Source: Parvicella tangerina (GTDB lineage Bacteria; Bacteroidota; Bacteroidia; Flavobacteriales_D; Parvicellaceae). Taken from it: a stretch of 32,000 nt of DNA. Made by a program: the position numbers and the translations under genes. The DNA is taken from the NCBI RefSeq assembly GCF_907165195.1, contig NZ_OU015584.1:2458978-2490977 (forward strand), in the 5' to 3' direction. A model generated the notes under the pieces. It saw nothing but the letters and a program-made list of their open reading frames with translations, did no database searches and had not been told where the DNA came from. Shown piece after piece: positions 18,759 to 27,157 of the stretch (its first letter is position 1; each line of letters begins with the position of its first letter).

Positions 18759-20312
18759 TTACTCTATTATGAGTTTTGAAACAGATGGCGTTTGTCCTTC
18801 AGTCGATAAATGTATATAATAAACACCACTAGATAATCCCACTCGATTAATCGTGATTTCATTCTCTTGAATGTGGTCAATTTTTCTTACAATTCGACCT
18901 TGTTGATCGAATAGAGTTATAGCATAAGGAGTTTTGATTGATTCACTGAAAGAAATAGTGGTAAAACGACTCATTGGATTAGGGTATACTCTGAAATTTG
19001 AAGAATTCTGAATTTCTGAACCTAAGTAAATGTCATAATCTCCGTAAAGTGAATCAATCTCCGTATCACTCAATTCGCAATCAAATATTTTGATATCATC
19101 AATTTTACCAAAAAAGAAATCTTGACTTACAGAACGATGAACTCCAATAACGGTTTCTGGGTTTGGGTCGAAGGAACTTCCAAGAGTTCCAGATGTACTA
19201 GTTTGAACCAGATTTCCATTTACATATACTTTTGTAGTAGTAGTGTTTCTGACTAATACAATGTGGTACCATTCGTTTAGATTAGGTTGAGAATATACTT
19301 GTTGGGCAGCTTCTCCTCCTGCTGATGCTCTAATTCCGAACCCAGGATTAAAAGCAACGGAAGCCCTACCATAATTCAACGTATTAGCATCCTGAGAAAA
19401 AACAACGCGATTAACGGAGGTATCATAGACCATTGCCCACATGGAAATAGTTCTCTCCTCGTAATCAAATGATGTTTCCGTATCGATGTAATCATTAGTT
19501 CCATCAAATTCATAAGCGGAATTCGGATTCCCAAATCGGTCTGTTGTTAAAGTAGCGCCATAAACAGTGGCATCATAACCGTTACCACTAATGTCGTTTG
19601 CATTTCCAGTAAATGGATAGTCTGCAACAATACAAGGACCTTGGTTGGATCCTAATACATAAAGTGAATCAATCTCCGTATCACTCAATTCGCAATCAAA
19701 TATTTTGATATCATCAATTTTACCAAAAAAGAAATCTTGACTTACAGAACGATGAACCCCAATAACAGTTTCTGGGTTTGGGTCGAAAGAACTTCCAAGA
19801 GTTCCAGATGTGCCAGTTTGAACTAGATTTCCATTTACATAAACTTTAGTGGCTGTTGAGTTCCTCACTAAAACAATATGATACCATTCGTTTAGATTAG
19901 GTTGAGAATATACTTGTTGGGCAGTTTCTCCTCCTGCTGATGCTCTAATTCCGAACCCAGGATTAAAAGCAACGGAAGCCCTACCATAATTCAACGTATT
20001 AGCATCCTGAGAAAAAACAACGCGATTAACGGAGGTATCATAGACCATTGCCCACATGGAAATAGTTCTCTCCTCGTAATCAAATGATGTCTCCGTATCG
20101 ATGTAATCATTAGTTCCATCAAATTCATAAGCGGAATTCAGATTCCCAAATCGGTCTGTTGTTAAAGTAGCGCCATAAACAGTGGCATCATAACCGTTAC
20201 CACTAATGTCGTTTGCATTTCCAGTAAATGGATAGTCTGCAACTGGAAGGCATTGAGCCGATAATAGGTTTGATAAAATCAAAAATGCTAATAGTGTCGA
20301 AATTGTTTTCAT
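18759..20312 (-). CDS. Secreted protein with two tandem LamG (concanavalin-A-like lectin, Laminin_G_3) domains and T9SS C-terminal sorting domain
   Basis: I prefer the ATG at 20312 (MKTISTLLAFLILSNLLSAQ, a signal peptide) over the track start at 20453. Each repeat has the LamG_3 pattern: DISGNGYDATVYGA…DRFGN.NSAYEFDGTNDYI…WYHIVLVRN…KVYVNGNLV…FFGKIDDIKIFDCELSDTEIDSLY. The C-terminus FRVYPNPMSRFTTISF…GVYYIHLSTEGQ…SKLIIE is a T9SS CTD. Confidence 0.8.
   Translation of the reverse strand: MKTISTLLAFLILSNLLSAQCLPVADYPFTGNANDISGNGYDATVYGATLTTDRFGNLNSAYEFDGTNDYIDTETSFDYEERTISMWAMVYDTSVNRVVFSQDANTLNYGRASVAFNPGFGIRASAGGETAQQVYSQPNLNEWYHIVLVRNSTATKVYVNGNLVQTGTSGTLGSSFDPNPETVIGVHRSVSQDFFFGKIDDIKIFDCELSDTEIDSLYVLGSNQGPCIVADYPFTGNANDISGNGYDATVYGATLTTDRFGNPNSAYEFDGTNDYIDTETSFDYEERTISMWAMVYDTSVNRVVFSQDANTLNYGRASVAFNPGFGIRASAGGEAAQQVYSQPNLNEWYHIVLVRNTTTTKVYVNGNLVQTSTSGTLGSSFDPNPETVIGVHRSVSQDFFFGKIDDIKIFDCELSDTEIDSLYGDYDIYLGSEIQNSSNFRVYPNPMSRFTTISFSESIKTPYAITLFDQQGRIVRKIDHIQENEITINRVGLSSGVYYIHLSTEGQTPSVSKLIIE
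19044..20243. repeat. Intragenic tandem direct repeat: two 585-bp copies (19044..19628 and 19659..20243), period 615 bp
   Basis: Hand alignment of the two copies shows no indels and 22 mismatches in 585 positions (~96% identity). 19 of the 22 mismatches fall between ~19143 and ~19310 of the downstream copy. Confidence 0.9.
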
Positions 20313-20371
20313 ATCTTTTGTCTTTTTACTTACAGATACAAAGGACGGAAAAATAAAGAAATGTATAGGTC

Positions 20372-20379
20372 CAAATATA
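20372..20379 (-). promoter_or_regulatory. Candidate -7 box (TATATTTG) for the LamG/T9SS gene
   Basis: Plus strand caaatata. 59 nt lie between the box and ATG 20312. It sits downstream of the lolA terminator. Confidence 0.3.
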
Positions 20380-20410
20380 TGCTGTACAGTAAATAAATGT
20401 GTTGAATAAT

Positions 20411-20436
20411 AAAAAAGCCCCGTATCTCTACGAGGC
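20411..20436 (-). terminator. Terminator after lolA-like gene
   Basis: Minus-strand RNA GCCUCGUA-GAGA-UACGGGGC is an 8-bp stem with one G-U pair, followed by UUUUUUAUUAUU. Confidence 0.55.
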
Positions 20437-20461
20437 TTCCTATAAGTATGCAATAGGATTA

Positions 20462-21094
20462 TTATCTATTATCAATTTCAGACACTCCTTTAAACTTGGC
20501 CTTATTCCATGTAAAGGCTTCATCCTTGATTTCTACATTCGGAGTAAAGGAAGTGATTGTGAAGAGGATTAATACATTCTCCTTTGTCTTAATCACTGCT
20601 TTTTTGATCTGATTCTTCTCTGTATCCACAGTAACGATTACTGTATGGTACTTGCTATCTTTTGCATCAACTGGGTGCAATTTGATCTCATGCTCAGTAG
20701 CGCTGATCTCTTTATTGTATTGATATTTAAAATTATCTTCCCAAATATTCAGTATCTCTCCTGGGTTGATTCCTCCATCTAAATCTTCGAGGTTATCAAT
20801 ATAACATTCATTTTCCTCAACCATGTATGTCCAAACAGTTTCACCGTCACTGTAAACTTTTGTTGTTTCCGTTTCGTAATAATACTTTCCATCTTTCACC
20901 TTGGCTGTACCACTTTGGTTGGAGTTCATATCTCCACCTTTGATCACTAACTTAAAGTCTACTTCTACTGTTTTGTAGGACTTGCTTTCCTCACTGATTT
21001 TATCGAGTATTTTTTTTGCTTTCTCATCGTTTTCTTGTGCAACTGACGAGACTGCGACCGTTCCGAGGATCAATAATGTCAATAACTTCTTCAT
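20462..21094 (-). CDS. lolA: LolA-like outer-membrane lipoprotein carrier protein
   Basis: 210 aa. Signal peptide MKKLLTLLILGTVAVSSVAQ. Size and beta-rich composition fit LolA. It lies immediately downstream of ftsK, the conserved ftsK-lolA arrangement. The assignment is partly positional. Confidence 0.65.
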   Translation of the reverse strand: MKKLLTLLILGTVAVSSVAQENDEKAKKILDKISEESKSYKTVEVDFKLVIKGGDMNSNQSGTAKVKDGKYYYETETTKVYSDGETVWTYMVEENECYIDNLEDLDGGINPGEILNIWEDNFKYQYNKEISATEHEIKLHPVDAKDSKYHTVIVTVDTEKNQIKKAVIKTKENVLILFTITSFTPNVEIKDEAFTWNKAKFKGVSEIDNR

Positions 21095-21130
21095 ATACGT
21101 TTTATTAATTCTATTTTCTAATTGGTTAGA

Positions 21131-23626
21131 CTACAAAAGTCCTTTATCGCGTAGGTTATTCAAAAACTGTTCCAAACCGAGAACGTCAGGAACTAAAACT
21201 TCTCTAGGCTTACTTCCTTTATGTGGACCAATCAACCCTGTAGCCTCCATTTGATCAATAATACGACCTGCTCTGTTGTACCCGATTTTTAGTTTTCTTT
21301 GAATATTAGAAGCAGATCCCGCCTGGGCATTTACTACAATATCAGCTGCTTGTTCGAAAAGGGAATCGAGTGCATCATCCAATTCTTTAGTACTCCCATC
21401 TCCTTCCATTTCTGGTTCTGGCAATTCATAAGCATTTGGATATGCTCGCTGTGAACCGATGAACTCCGTGATATCATCAACTTCTGGTGTATCAACAAAA
21501 CCACATTGTAAACGAATCAGTTCGTTGCCTGGCGAGAAAAGCATATCACCTCGTCCGATGAGTTGGTCTGCACCGCCTGCATCTAAAATAGTTCTCGAAT
21601 CAATTTTAGAAGTTACCCTGAATGCAATTCTCGATGGGAAATTCGCTTTAATAATACCTGTAATAACGTTTACAGAAGGTCTCTGCGTTGCAACAATCAA
21701 ATGAATTCCAATAGCTCGAGCCAACTGGGCTAGTCTGGCTATTGGCGTTTCAACTTCTTTACCCGCAGTCATAATCAAGTCAGCAAACTCATCGATAACA
21801 AGCACGATGTACGGAAGATAGCGGTGACCGTTCTCAGGGTTTAGCTTCCTGTTAATGAATTTCTGGTTGTACTCTTTAATGTTACGGACCATTGCATCCT
21901 TGAGCAGTTCATAGCGGTTATCCATCTCAACACAAAGGCTGTTGAGAGTCTCTACCACTTTGCTTGTGTCTGTAATGATCGCGTCAGAATCGCCTGGAAG
22001 TTTCGCTAAAAAGTGACGTTCAATCTTATTGAACAAGGTCAGTTCAACTTTCTTGGGATCCACCAAAACAAACTTCACCTGTGCGGGATGTTTTTTATAA
22101 AGTATGGATACCAGGATCGCATTCAAACCAACCGACTTTCCTTGTCCTGTTGCACCAGCCATAAGCAGGTGAGGCATCTTGGTTAGGTCTGTTACAAAAG
22201 ACTCATTGGAAATTGTTTTACCCAAAGCTACTGGCAATTCCATCTTATTGTTCTGGAATTTGTCAGATGCTATCAGTGACCTCATCGAAACAATATCCGG
22301 ATTAGAGTTCGGCACTTCGATACCCACCGTACCTTTTCCTGGCATTGGCGCAATGATACGTATTCCGAGCGCAGCCAAACTTAAGGCAATATCATCTTCC
22401 AGGTTTTTAATCTTAGAAATACGAACGCCAGGTGCTGGGACGATCTCATACAAAGTAACTGTAGGTCCAATAGTCGCTTTTATTTTAGAAATCTCAATCT
22501 TGTAGTTCTGGAGTGTTTCGATGATATTATTCTTGTTTCGCTCCAGTTCTTCTTTATTCATTTGAATTTGACCACCACCATGATCCTCTAACATCTCTAA
22601 ACCGGGGAGTTCGTAACTTGATAAATCCAACTTGGGGTCATACTCTCCGAACTCTTTTACTTTATCCTTGAGCTCTCCATCATTAAGCATTTCCTCTTCC
22701 TCGGGAACGGTGACCTCAAAATCATCGTCAGACTCCTCCTTTACTTCTTCTTGCTTCTCTTCAATCTTAGCTTCCTCTTTTTCCTCCTCTACTTCAAGTT
22801 CCAACAAAGGATTCTCGTTCTCTTTTTCTTCCTTCTCCTCCTCTTCTTCTTTTTCCTCTTCCTCGTTTAAATCTACTACCACTGGCTTTTGATCTTCAAT
22901 AATTTCTTCCTCTTTAATTTTATTCTTTGCTTCCACCTCTTCTTCTGGAATAAACTCACTTTCAGATTTATCAAACCATTTCTGCAAGAATGCAAACGAA
23001 GGATTAAACAGCACGATTACTGCTAAAAAACCAGTGAAAAGCACAAAGAACAGCGTTCCTACAAAACCAATTGCGCTATCCACCCAACTAATGACCTGTT
23101 CTCCGAAAAGTCCTCCCATAAAATCCCGAGGAGCATCGAAAATAAAAGCCATAGTTATACTTAGCCATACCATTCCTACAAACCCTATCTTAACCGTTTT
23201 AAAAAGCGGGAGCAACTTTAGTTTAAACACTATTCTAACCCCAATAATAATTGCATAAAACGGAATAAATAGGGAAGCAATACCAAACCAAACCTTTAAG
23301 AATTGATGAGCCGTCAATGCCCCTAGTTTACCCAACCAATTTCTAATTTCAGACTCTTCTCCATTAAACACAAAACCAAGGGACTCGCCATCTATAATAC
23401 TCGCATCATACTTCCAGGTAAACAAATACGAAACACATGCGATGATTGTGTACAGACCAAAAAGAATCAGTAATAAGCCAAATGACTTATGCAATCGCTC
23501 ATCCTTAAGAAAAGCCAATACTTTCTTAAATCCTGACCCATTCAGAGAAGTTGATTTACTCGCTTTCTTTTTCTTGGTTCCAGACTTACTTTCCTTTTTA
23601 TATGTATTCTTTGCCTTTGCTGCCAT
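21131..23626 (-). CDS. ftsK: DNA translocase FtsK
   Basis: 831 aa. N-terminal TM helices and a ~100-aa E/K-rich linker. Motor domain with Walker A GATGQGKS and Walker B LVIDEFADL. C-terminal winged-helix gamma domain …SASNIQRKLKIGYNRAGRIIDQMEATGLIG…. Confidence 0.93.
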   Translation of the reverse strand: MAAKAKNTYKKESKSGTKKKKASKSTSLNGSGFKKVLAFLKDERLHKSFGLLLILFGLYTIIACVSYLFTWKYDASIIDGESLGFVFNGEESEIRNWLGKLGALTAHQFLKVWFGIASLFIPFYAIIIGVRIVFKLKLLPLFKTVKIGFVGMVWLSITMAFIFDAPRDFMGGLFGEQVISWVDSAIGFVGTLFFVLFTGFLAVIVLFNPSFAFLQKWFDKSESEFIPEEEVEAKNKIKEEEIIEDQKPVVVDLNEEEEKEEEEEKEEKENENPLLELEVEEEKEEAKIEEKQEEVKEESDDDFEVTVPEEEEMLNDGELKDKVKEFGEYDPKLDLSSYELPGLEMLEDHGGGQIQMNKEELERNKNNIIETLQNYKIEISKIKATIGPTVTLYEIVPAPGVRISKIKNLEDDIALSLAALGIRIIAPMPGKGTVGIEVPNSNPDIVSMRSLIASDKFQNNKMELPVALGKTISNESFVTDLTKMPHLLMAGATGQGKSVGLNAILVSILYKKHPAQVKFVLVDPKKVELTLFNKIERHFLAKLPGDSDAIITDTSKVVETLNSLCVEMDNRYELLKDAMVRNIKEYNQKFINRKLNPENGHRYLPYIVLVIDEFADLIMTAGKEVETPIARLAQLARAIGIHLIVATQRPSVNVITGIIKANFPSRIAFRVTSKIDSRTILDAGGADQLIGRGDMLFSPGNELIRLQCGFVDTPEVDDITEFIGSQRAYPNAYELPEPEMEGDGSTKELDDALDSLFEQAADIVVNAQAGSASNIQRKLKIGYNRAGRIIDQMEATGLIGPHKGSKPREVLVPDVLGLEQFLNNLRDKGLL

Positions 23627-23644
23627 ACAGTACTATCCAATAGA

Positions 23645-23652
23645 CAAAAATA
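23645..23652 (-). promoter_or_regulatory. Candidate -7 box (TATTTTTG) for ftsK
   Basis: Plus strand caaaaata. 18 nt lie between the box and ATG 23626. It sits downstream of the 23716..23749 terminator. Confidence 0.35.
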
Positions 23653-23715
23653 ACTGCTTTACCCTCCTTATTTGAACAAAGAAGTTTTGATTATAAACGA
23701 CCAGATGTTAGCAAT

Positions 23716-23749
23716 AAAAAAGCCTGTCAACACAAGGCAAACAGGCTTT
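23716..23749 (-). terminator. Terminator after the 23769 lipoprotein gene
   Basis: Minus-strand RNA AAAGCCUGU-(13-nt loop)-ACAGGCUUU followed by UUUAUUGC. Plus-strand A-run 23716..23721. Confidence 0.5.
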
Positions 23750-23768
23750 AAGCTTTTGTTTATGAAGG

Positions 23769-24428
23769 TTACTGTCCTCCCCCCATCATTTCCATGAACT
23801 CTTCATAAGTCATGTGTTCGTATCCATCTGGAACTTTACCAAGCGATTTACTCACTTTTTCCTCTTTCACTTCTATTGCGCTGTAAGTAATCACCATTCC
23901 TTGAGATTCAATAACATACTCCATTGGAAATCCTTCAATCCCTTTAAATTGTGTGTTGGCTTCTGAAGGTAGTTCACTTGTGTAGAACACCTCAAAAACT
24001 GCTTCAGCCCCATTTTTCTGGATAGTATAGACTGCTTTCGAACACTCATAACCGGCTATAGTCTTGGTTTCTTCTAAATATTCAATGACAGGCTCCACCT
24101 TCTCGTCTTCTTCCACATCTTCCGTAGTCAACGCAATCTTTTTACCCATCAAATCCATCAAAACAGTAGTTACACCTGTAGCAAGGTTGTTAATTGTAAT
24201 TTGATCACCAATTGTACTGGTTTGTTCAACACGTGTAAAATCTTTACCAATGTAACAGGTCATTTCTGTGGCTAGCATAGCTCTTTGCGACTCATAGGCC
24301 TCAGGCAAATCATAATCAAGTGAATACTTGATTGTTCCATTCCACTTATTCTTCTTTCCTCCATCTTCTGCACATGCAGAACCGCTCATCAAAACGATTG
24401 AGAGCAGCATTACAAAAACATTTTTCAT
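23769..24428 (-). CDS. Hypothetical lipoprotein, paralog B (DUF4412/GLPGLI-like by eye)
   Basis: 219 aa. Signal plus Cys: MKNVFVMLLSIVLMSGSAC followed by AEDGG. It shares blocks with the upstream gene: IKYSLDY, VLMDLMGKKIA, IAGYECSKAVY, FEVFYTSEL, FKGIEGFPMEYVI, VPDGYE. Confidence 0.55.
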   Translation of the reverse strand: MKNVFVMLLSIVLMSGSACAEDGGKKNKWNGTIKYSLDYDLPEAYESQRAMLATEMTCYIGKDFTRVEQTSTIGDQITINNLATGVTTVLMDLMGKKIALTTEDVEEDEKVEPVIEYLEETKTIAGYECSKAVYTIQKNGAEAVFEVFYTSELPSEANTQFKGIEGFPMEYVIESQGMVITYSAIEVKEEKVSKSLGKVPDGYEHMTYEEFMEMMGGGQ

Positions 24429-24437
24429 ACTAAAAAT

Positions 24438-25172
24438 TTATTCGATTACTTGTTTAAAGATTTCTTCCATCTGAAACAACATCTGTTCCAAACTTACTTC
24501 TTTAAAATCTCCAGGCACTACAAAAGCGTCATCAGCTACGGATACTTTACTGACACTATCGGCTTTCATTCTAGTTACCAAGCCATACTGAGAGACCTCA
24601 TATTCTAACATTACTCCTGGAAGTTCAGAAAAAGGATTACACCAGTTACTACCATCAATATCGATCTCATCTGTTGTGTAAATTTCACAATCGTAGCCAT
24701 CCTCTAACTTTTCATAAACTGCCTGATATTTCTTGCAGTGTAGACCACCTAAGCTATCACTAGTTGGAATACTCAATAAATCAGGAATTGGATAATTCTT
24801 CAAATAGTCTTTGATCAATACGGAATCCAACTTCGTATAGATCTTCTTACTACCAAAATCAAGCATCAAAACCAGCTCTTTGTTGTTACAGTCAGAAATC
24901 AAAGTGGTTGTAAACAACCCACCTTTGGATACCGTATTCTTGTAGACGTTGTTTTTGAACTCCATGGTCATAACGTCTGGCAACAACACCACCATAAATT
25001 CATCTGTATAATAAGGATACGTTAACGAATAGTAGACCTTTCCTTCCTTGATTGTTGGTTTTGTTTCTTCGCTTTCGGCTTCTCCTCCGCAAGATGATTG
25101 TACGAGTATCAACGCTATCATAACCAGCGTTGTAACAACTCCCCACAAAGTCCTTTTAACATGTTTTAGCAT
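24438..25172 (-). CDS. Hypothetical lipoprotein, paralog A (DUF4412/GLPGLI-like by eye)
   Basis: The track start 25187 is TTG. ATG 25172 gives MLKHVKRTLWGVVTTLVMIALILVQSSC followed by GGEAESEE. Blocks shared with 23769..24428: VYYSLTY, LMLDFGSKKIY, LGGLHCKKYQAVY, CEIYTTDEI, FSELPGVMLEYEV, VPGDFKE. Confidence 0.55.
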   Translation of the reverse strand: MLKHVKRTLWGVVTTLVMIALILVQSSCGGEAESEETKPTIKEGKVYYSLTYPYYTDEFMVVLLPDVMTMEFKNNVYKNTVSKGGLFTTTLISDCNNKELVLMLDFGSKKIYTKLDSVLIKDYLKNYPIPDLLSIPTSDSLGGLHCKKYQAVYEKLEDGYDCEIYTTDEIDIDGSNWCNPFSELPGVMLEYEVSQYGLVTRMKADSVSKVSVADDAFVVPGDFKEVSLEQMLFQMEEIFKQVIE

Positions 25173-25205
25173 CCTGCTCGTCTTCAAAATTCACTTGTTA
25201 ATCGA

Positions 25206-25213
25206 CAAATATA
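25206..25213 (-). promoter_or_regulatory. Candidate -7 box (TATATTTG) for the lipoprotein pair
   Basis: Plus strand caaatata. 33 nt lie between the box and ATG 25172. Confidence 0.3.
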
Positions 25214-25280
25214 GTTTTTTTTTCGATTGTTTCTTCAACAAGATTCAAAAAGATAGTTTCGACTCAATTCAATGAAACCT

Positions 25281-25288
25281 TATCTTTG
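25281..25288 (+). promoter_or_regulatory. Candidate -7 box (TATCTTTG) for hisS
   Basis: Matches TAnnTTTG, 13 nt upstream of ATG 25302 and 19 nt upstream of the second ATG at 25308. This implies a very short leader. Confidence 0.35.
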
Positions 25289-25301
25289 CATCATTAATTA
25301 A

Positions 25302-26669
25302 ATGAATATGTCAAAGCCAAGCATACCTAAAGGGACAAGAGATTTTTTGCCGAAAGTAATGGTAAAAAGGAATTACATTTTCAATACCATAAAACAAGCC
25401 TTCGTGAAGTATGGATTCCTGCCGATTGAGACGCCTTGTATGGAAAATCTATCTACCCTCACAGGTAAATATGGAGAAGAAGGAGATCGATTGATATTTA
25501 AGGTTTTAGATCGAGGTGACAAGTTAATGAGAGGACTGGATCAAATTGATGAAGGCATGTCACAGGGAAAAATTGAACATACCTTATGCAAGGAGGCTCT
25601 CCGATACGATCTTACTGTTCCTTTCGCTCGATTTGTAGTTCAGCACCAAAACGAATTGTCATTTCCTTTTAAAAGGTACCAGATCCAACCCGTTTGGCGG
25701 GCTGATCGACCTGCAAAAGCTAGATACCGAGAATTTTATCAGTGTGATGCGGATGTGGTTGGTTCAGACTCTCTTTTGTTTGAAGTTGAACTGATTCAGT
25801 TGTTTGATGAAGTACTAAGTAACTTAGGACTCAATGATTTCTCGATCAAAGTTAACAACCGTAAGATTCTTTCGGGAATCGCTGAAATCACTGGATTATC
25901 AGATAAAATTGTAGACATCACTGTTGCCATTGATAAACTGGATAAAATTGGAGAAGAAGGTGTAATCAAAGAACTTGAGCGTAAAGAGATCCCTCAGGAG
26001 GCCATAGAAAAGATTAAACCACTCTTCAAAATAGGAGGCAATACGAAGGACGTAATTAACGAAATGAGACAATTGTTGGCCGATTCTGAAATAGGCCTGA
26101 AAGGTATTGATGAATTGGCATACGTTTTTGAAAAGATTGAGGTCCTTGGTCTGGAAAAGGCTAAATTGGAGTTTGATGTTACGCTTGCTCGTGGACTTAA
26201 CTACTATACGGGTGCAATTTTTGAAGTCAAAGCCAACAATGTAAGTATTGGCAGCATTTGTGGAGGAGGTCGTTACGATGACCTCACTGGAATTTTTGGT
26301 TTGAAAGATCTCTCTGGTGTAGGCATTTCCTTTGGCGCAGACCGTATTTATGATGTGATGGAGGAGTTAAATCTTTTTCCTGAGACCAGTGATGAAAGTA
26401 CTCAACTCTTGCTTATCAATTTTGGTGTTAAAGAAAATGAATGTTTAAAGATCCTTCAGCGCCTCAGAGAGGATGGTATCAACACTGAACTTTATCCAGA
26501 GGGCACAAAACTTAAAAAACAGATGAAGTATGCAGATAGCAAGGGCATTCCATTTGTTCTATTTCTCGGTGAAGAAGAGTTGGAGTCTGGCATGTTCCAG
26601 ATCAAGAACCTTCAAACAGGTGATCAAAAACAAGCTTCGTTGAAAGATATAATTGCAGACCTATCATGA
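25302..26669 (+). CDS. hisS: Histidine--tRNA ligase
   Basis: 455 aa. Class-II aaRS motifs: [49 protein letters not shown]-terminal anticodon-binding domain present. Confidence 0.93.
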   Translation: MNMSKPSIPKGTRDFLPKVMVKRNYIFNTIKQAFVKYGFLPIETPCMENLSTLTGKYGEEGDRLIFKVLDRGDKLMRGLDQIDEGMSQGKIEHTLCKEALRYDLTVPFARFVVQHQNELSFPFKRYQIQPVWRADRPAKARYREFYQCDADVVGSDSLLFEVELIQLFDEVLSNLGLNDFSIKVNNRKILSGIAEITGLSDKIVDITVAIDKLDKIGEEGVIKELERKEIPQEAIEKIKPLFKIGGNTKDVINEMRQLLADSEIGLKGIDELAYVFEKIEVLGLEKAKLEFDVTLARGLNYYTGAIFEVKANNVSIGSICGGGRYDDLTGIFGLKDLSGVGISFGADRIYDVMEELNLFPETSDESTQLLLINFGVKENECLKILQRLREDGINTELYPEGTKLKKQMKYADSKGIPFVLFLGEEELESGMFQIKNLQTGDQKQASLKDIIADLS

Positions 26670-27148
26670 TCAGAACAGTACTACTCCTCTTGTTTTCTTT
26701 GAAAGTGCTTTCTACATTCAGCATGATCGACCCTTTCTACAAAGAGGTAATGCAAAGAGGTTATCAGATTCTAGCAGGTGACAGTGTGAAGTTTCCCGAT
26801 GGTAGCATTTGTGCAATTGAAGACTTTAACAATCTGGATTGTGGCAAACAATGGATGACGGAGGATTATTGTATTCCAGAAGGCGAAGCGGTCTGGGACG
26901 ACAATAAATGTTGTGATGGTCTGGAACCCTATTTGGAAGAAGGCGTAGCTGGTCAAGCTACCTGCGAAAAGATCAAGAAAAAAACAACTTCTTCAGAAAC
27001 TACTGATGACGAGGATGAAGAAGGATTTGCTGGTTTTTTAGGTTCCTCAACCGTTCTTTATTTCTTTATAGGGGTTCTCATCCCTCTTAGTTTATTCGTA
27101 ATTTTGGCAATATCAGTCAAAAAGAGACTCCCCAAAAAAGAAGACTAA
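26666..27148 (+). CDS. Small Cys-rich exported protein with Ser/Thr/acidic linker and C-terminal TM anchor
   Basis: 160 aa. The ATG overlaps the hisS TGA (ATGA). Signal peptide [19 protein letters not shown]. Six Cys within ~55 aa (…[41 protein letters not shown]…ATCEK). Linker [15 protein letters not shown] segment [22 protein letters not shown] followed by KKRLPKKED. Confidence 0.55.
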   Translation: MIRTVLLLLFSLKVLSTFSMIDPFYKEVMQRGYQILAGDSVKFPDGSICAIEDFNNLDCGKQWMTEDYCIPEGEAVWDDNKCCDGLEPYLEEGVAGQATCEKIKKKTTSSETTDDEDEEGFAGFLGSSTVLYFFIGVLIPLSLFVILAISVKKRLPKKED

Positions 27149-27157
27149 AGGGATATT

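Noticed and set aside
19044-20243. Possibility that the LamG repeat pair is a diversity-generating retroelement (template/variable repeat) or a phase-variable invertible element.
   Set aside because: No reverse transcriptase or recombinase gene is nearby. The repeats are direct, both are in-frame coding copies, and the substitutions are not adenine-specific (a mix of C/T, A/T, A/G, G/C changes, mostly synonymous).
20313-20453. 47-codon N-terminal extension of the LamG/T9SS ORF in the track (MHTYRKPRRDTGLFYY…).
   Set aside because: The extension runs through the lolA terminator hairpin (20411..20436) and the candidate promoter box. The internal ATG at 20312 is followed immediately by a textbook signal peptide.
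22632-22892. Ser-rich 86-aa ORF on the plus strand (…SSSSGTVTSKSSSDSS…).
   Set aside because: It is the antisense reading of the GAA/GAG/AAG-rich acidic linker of ftsK, a compositional artefact of the homopurine tract.
15532-23626. AAA+/P-loop ATPases (ClpC, FtsK) as possible components of an anti-phage system.
   Set aside because: Both have complete canonical housekeeping architectures: Clp_N x2 plus two AAA modules plus UVR for ClpC, and TM plus linker plus motor plus gamma domain for FtsK. Both sit in conserved synteny (gyrA/clpC, ftsK-lolA).
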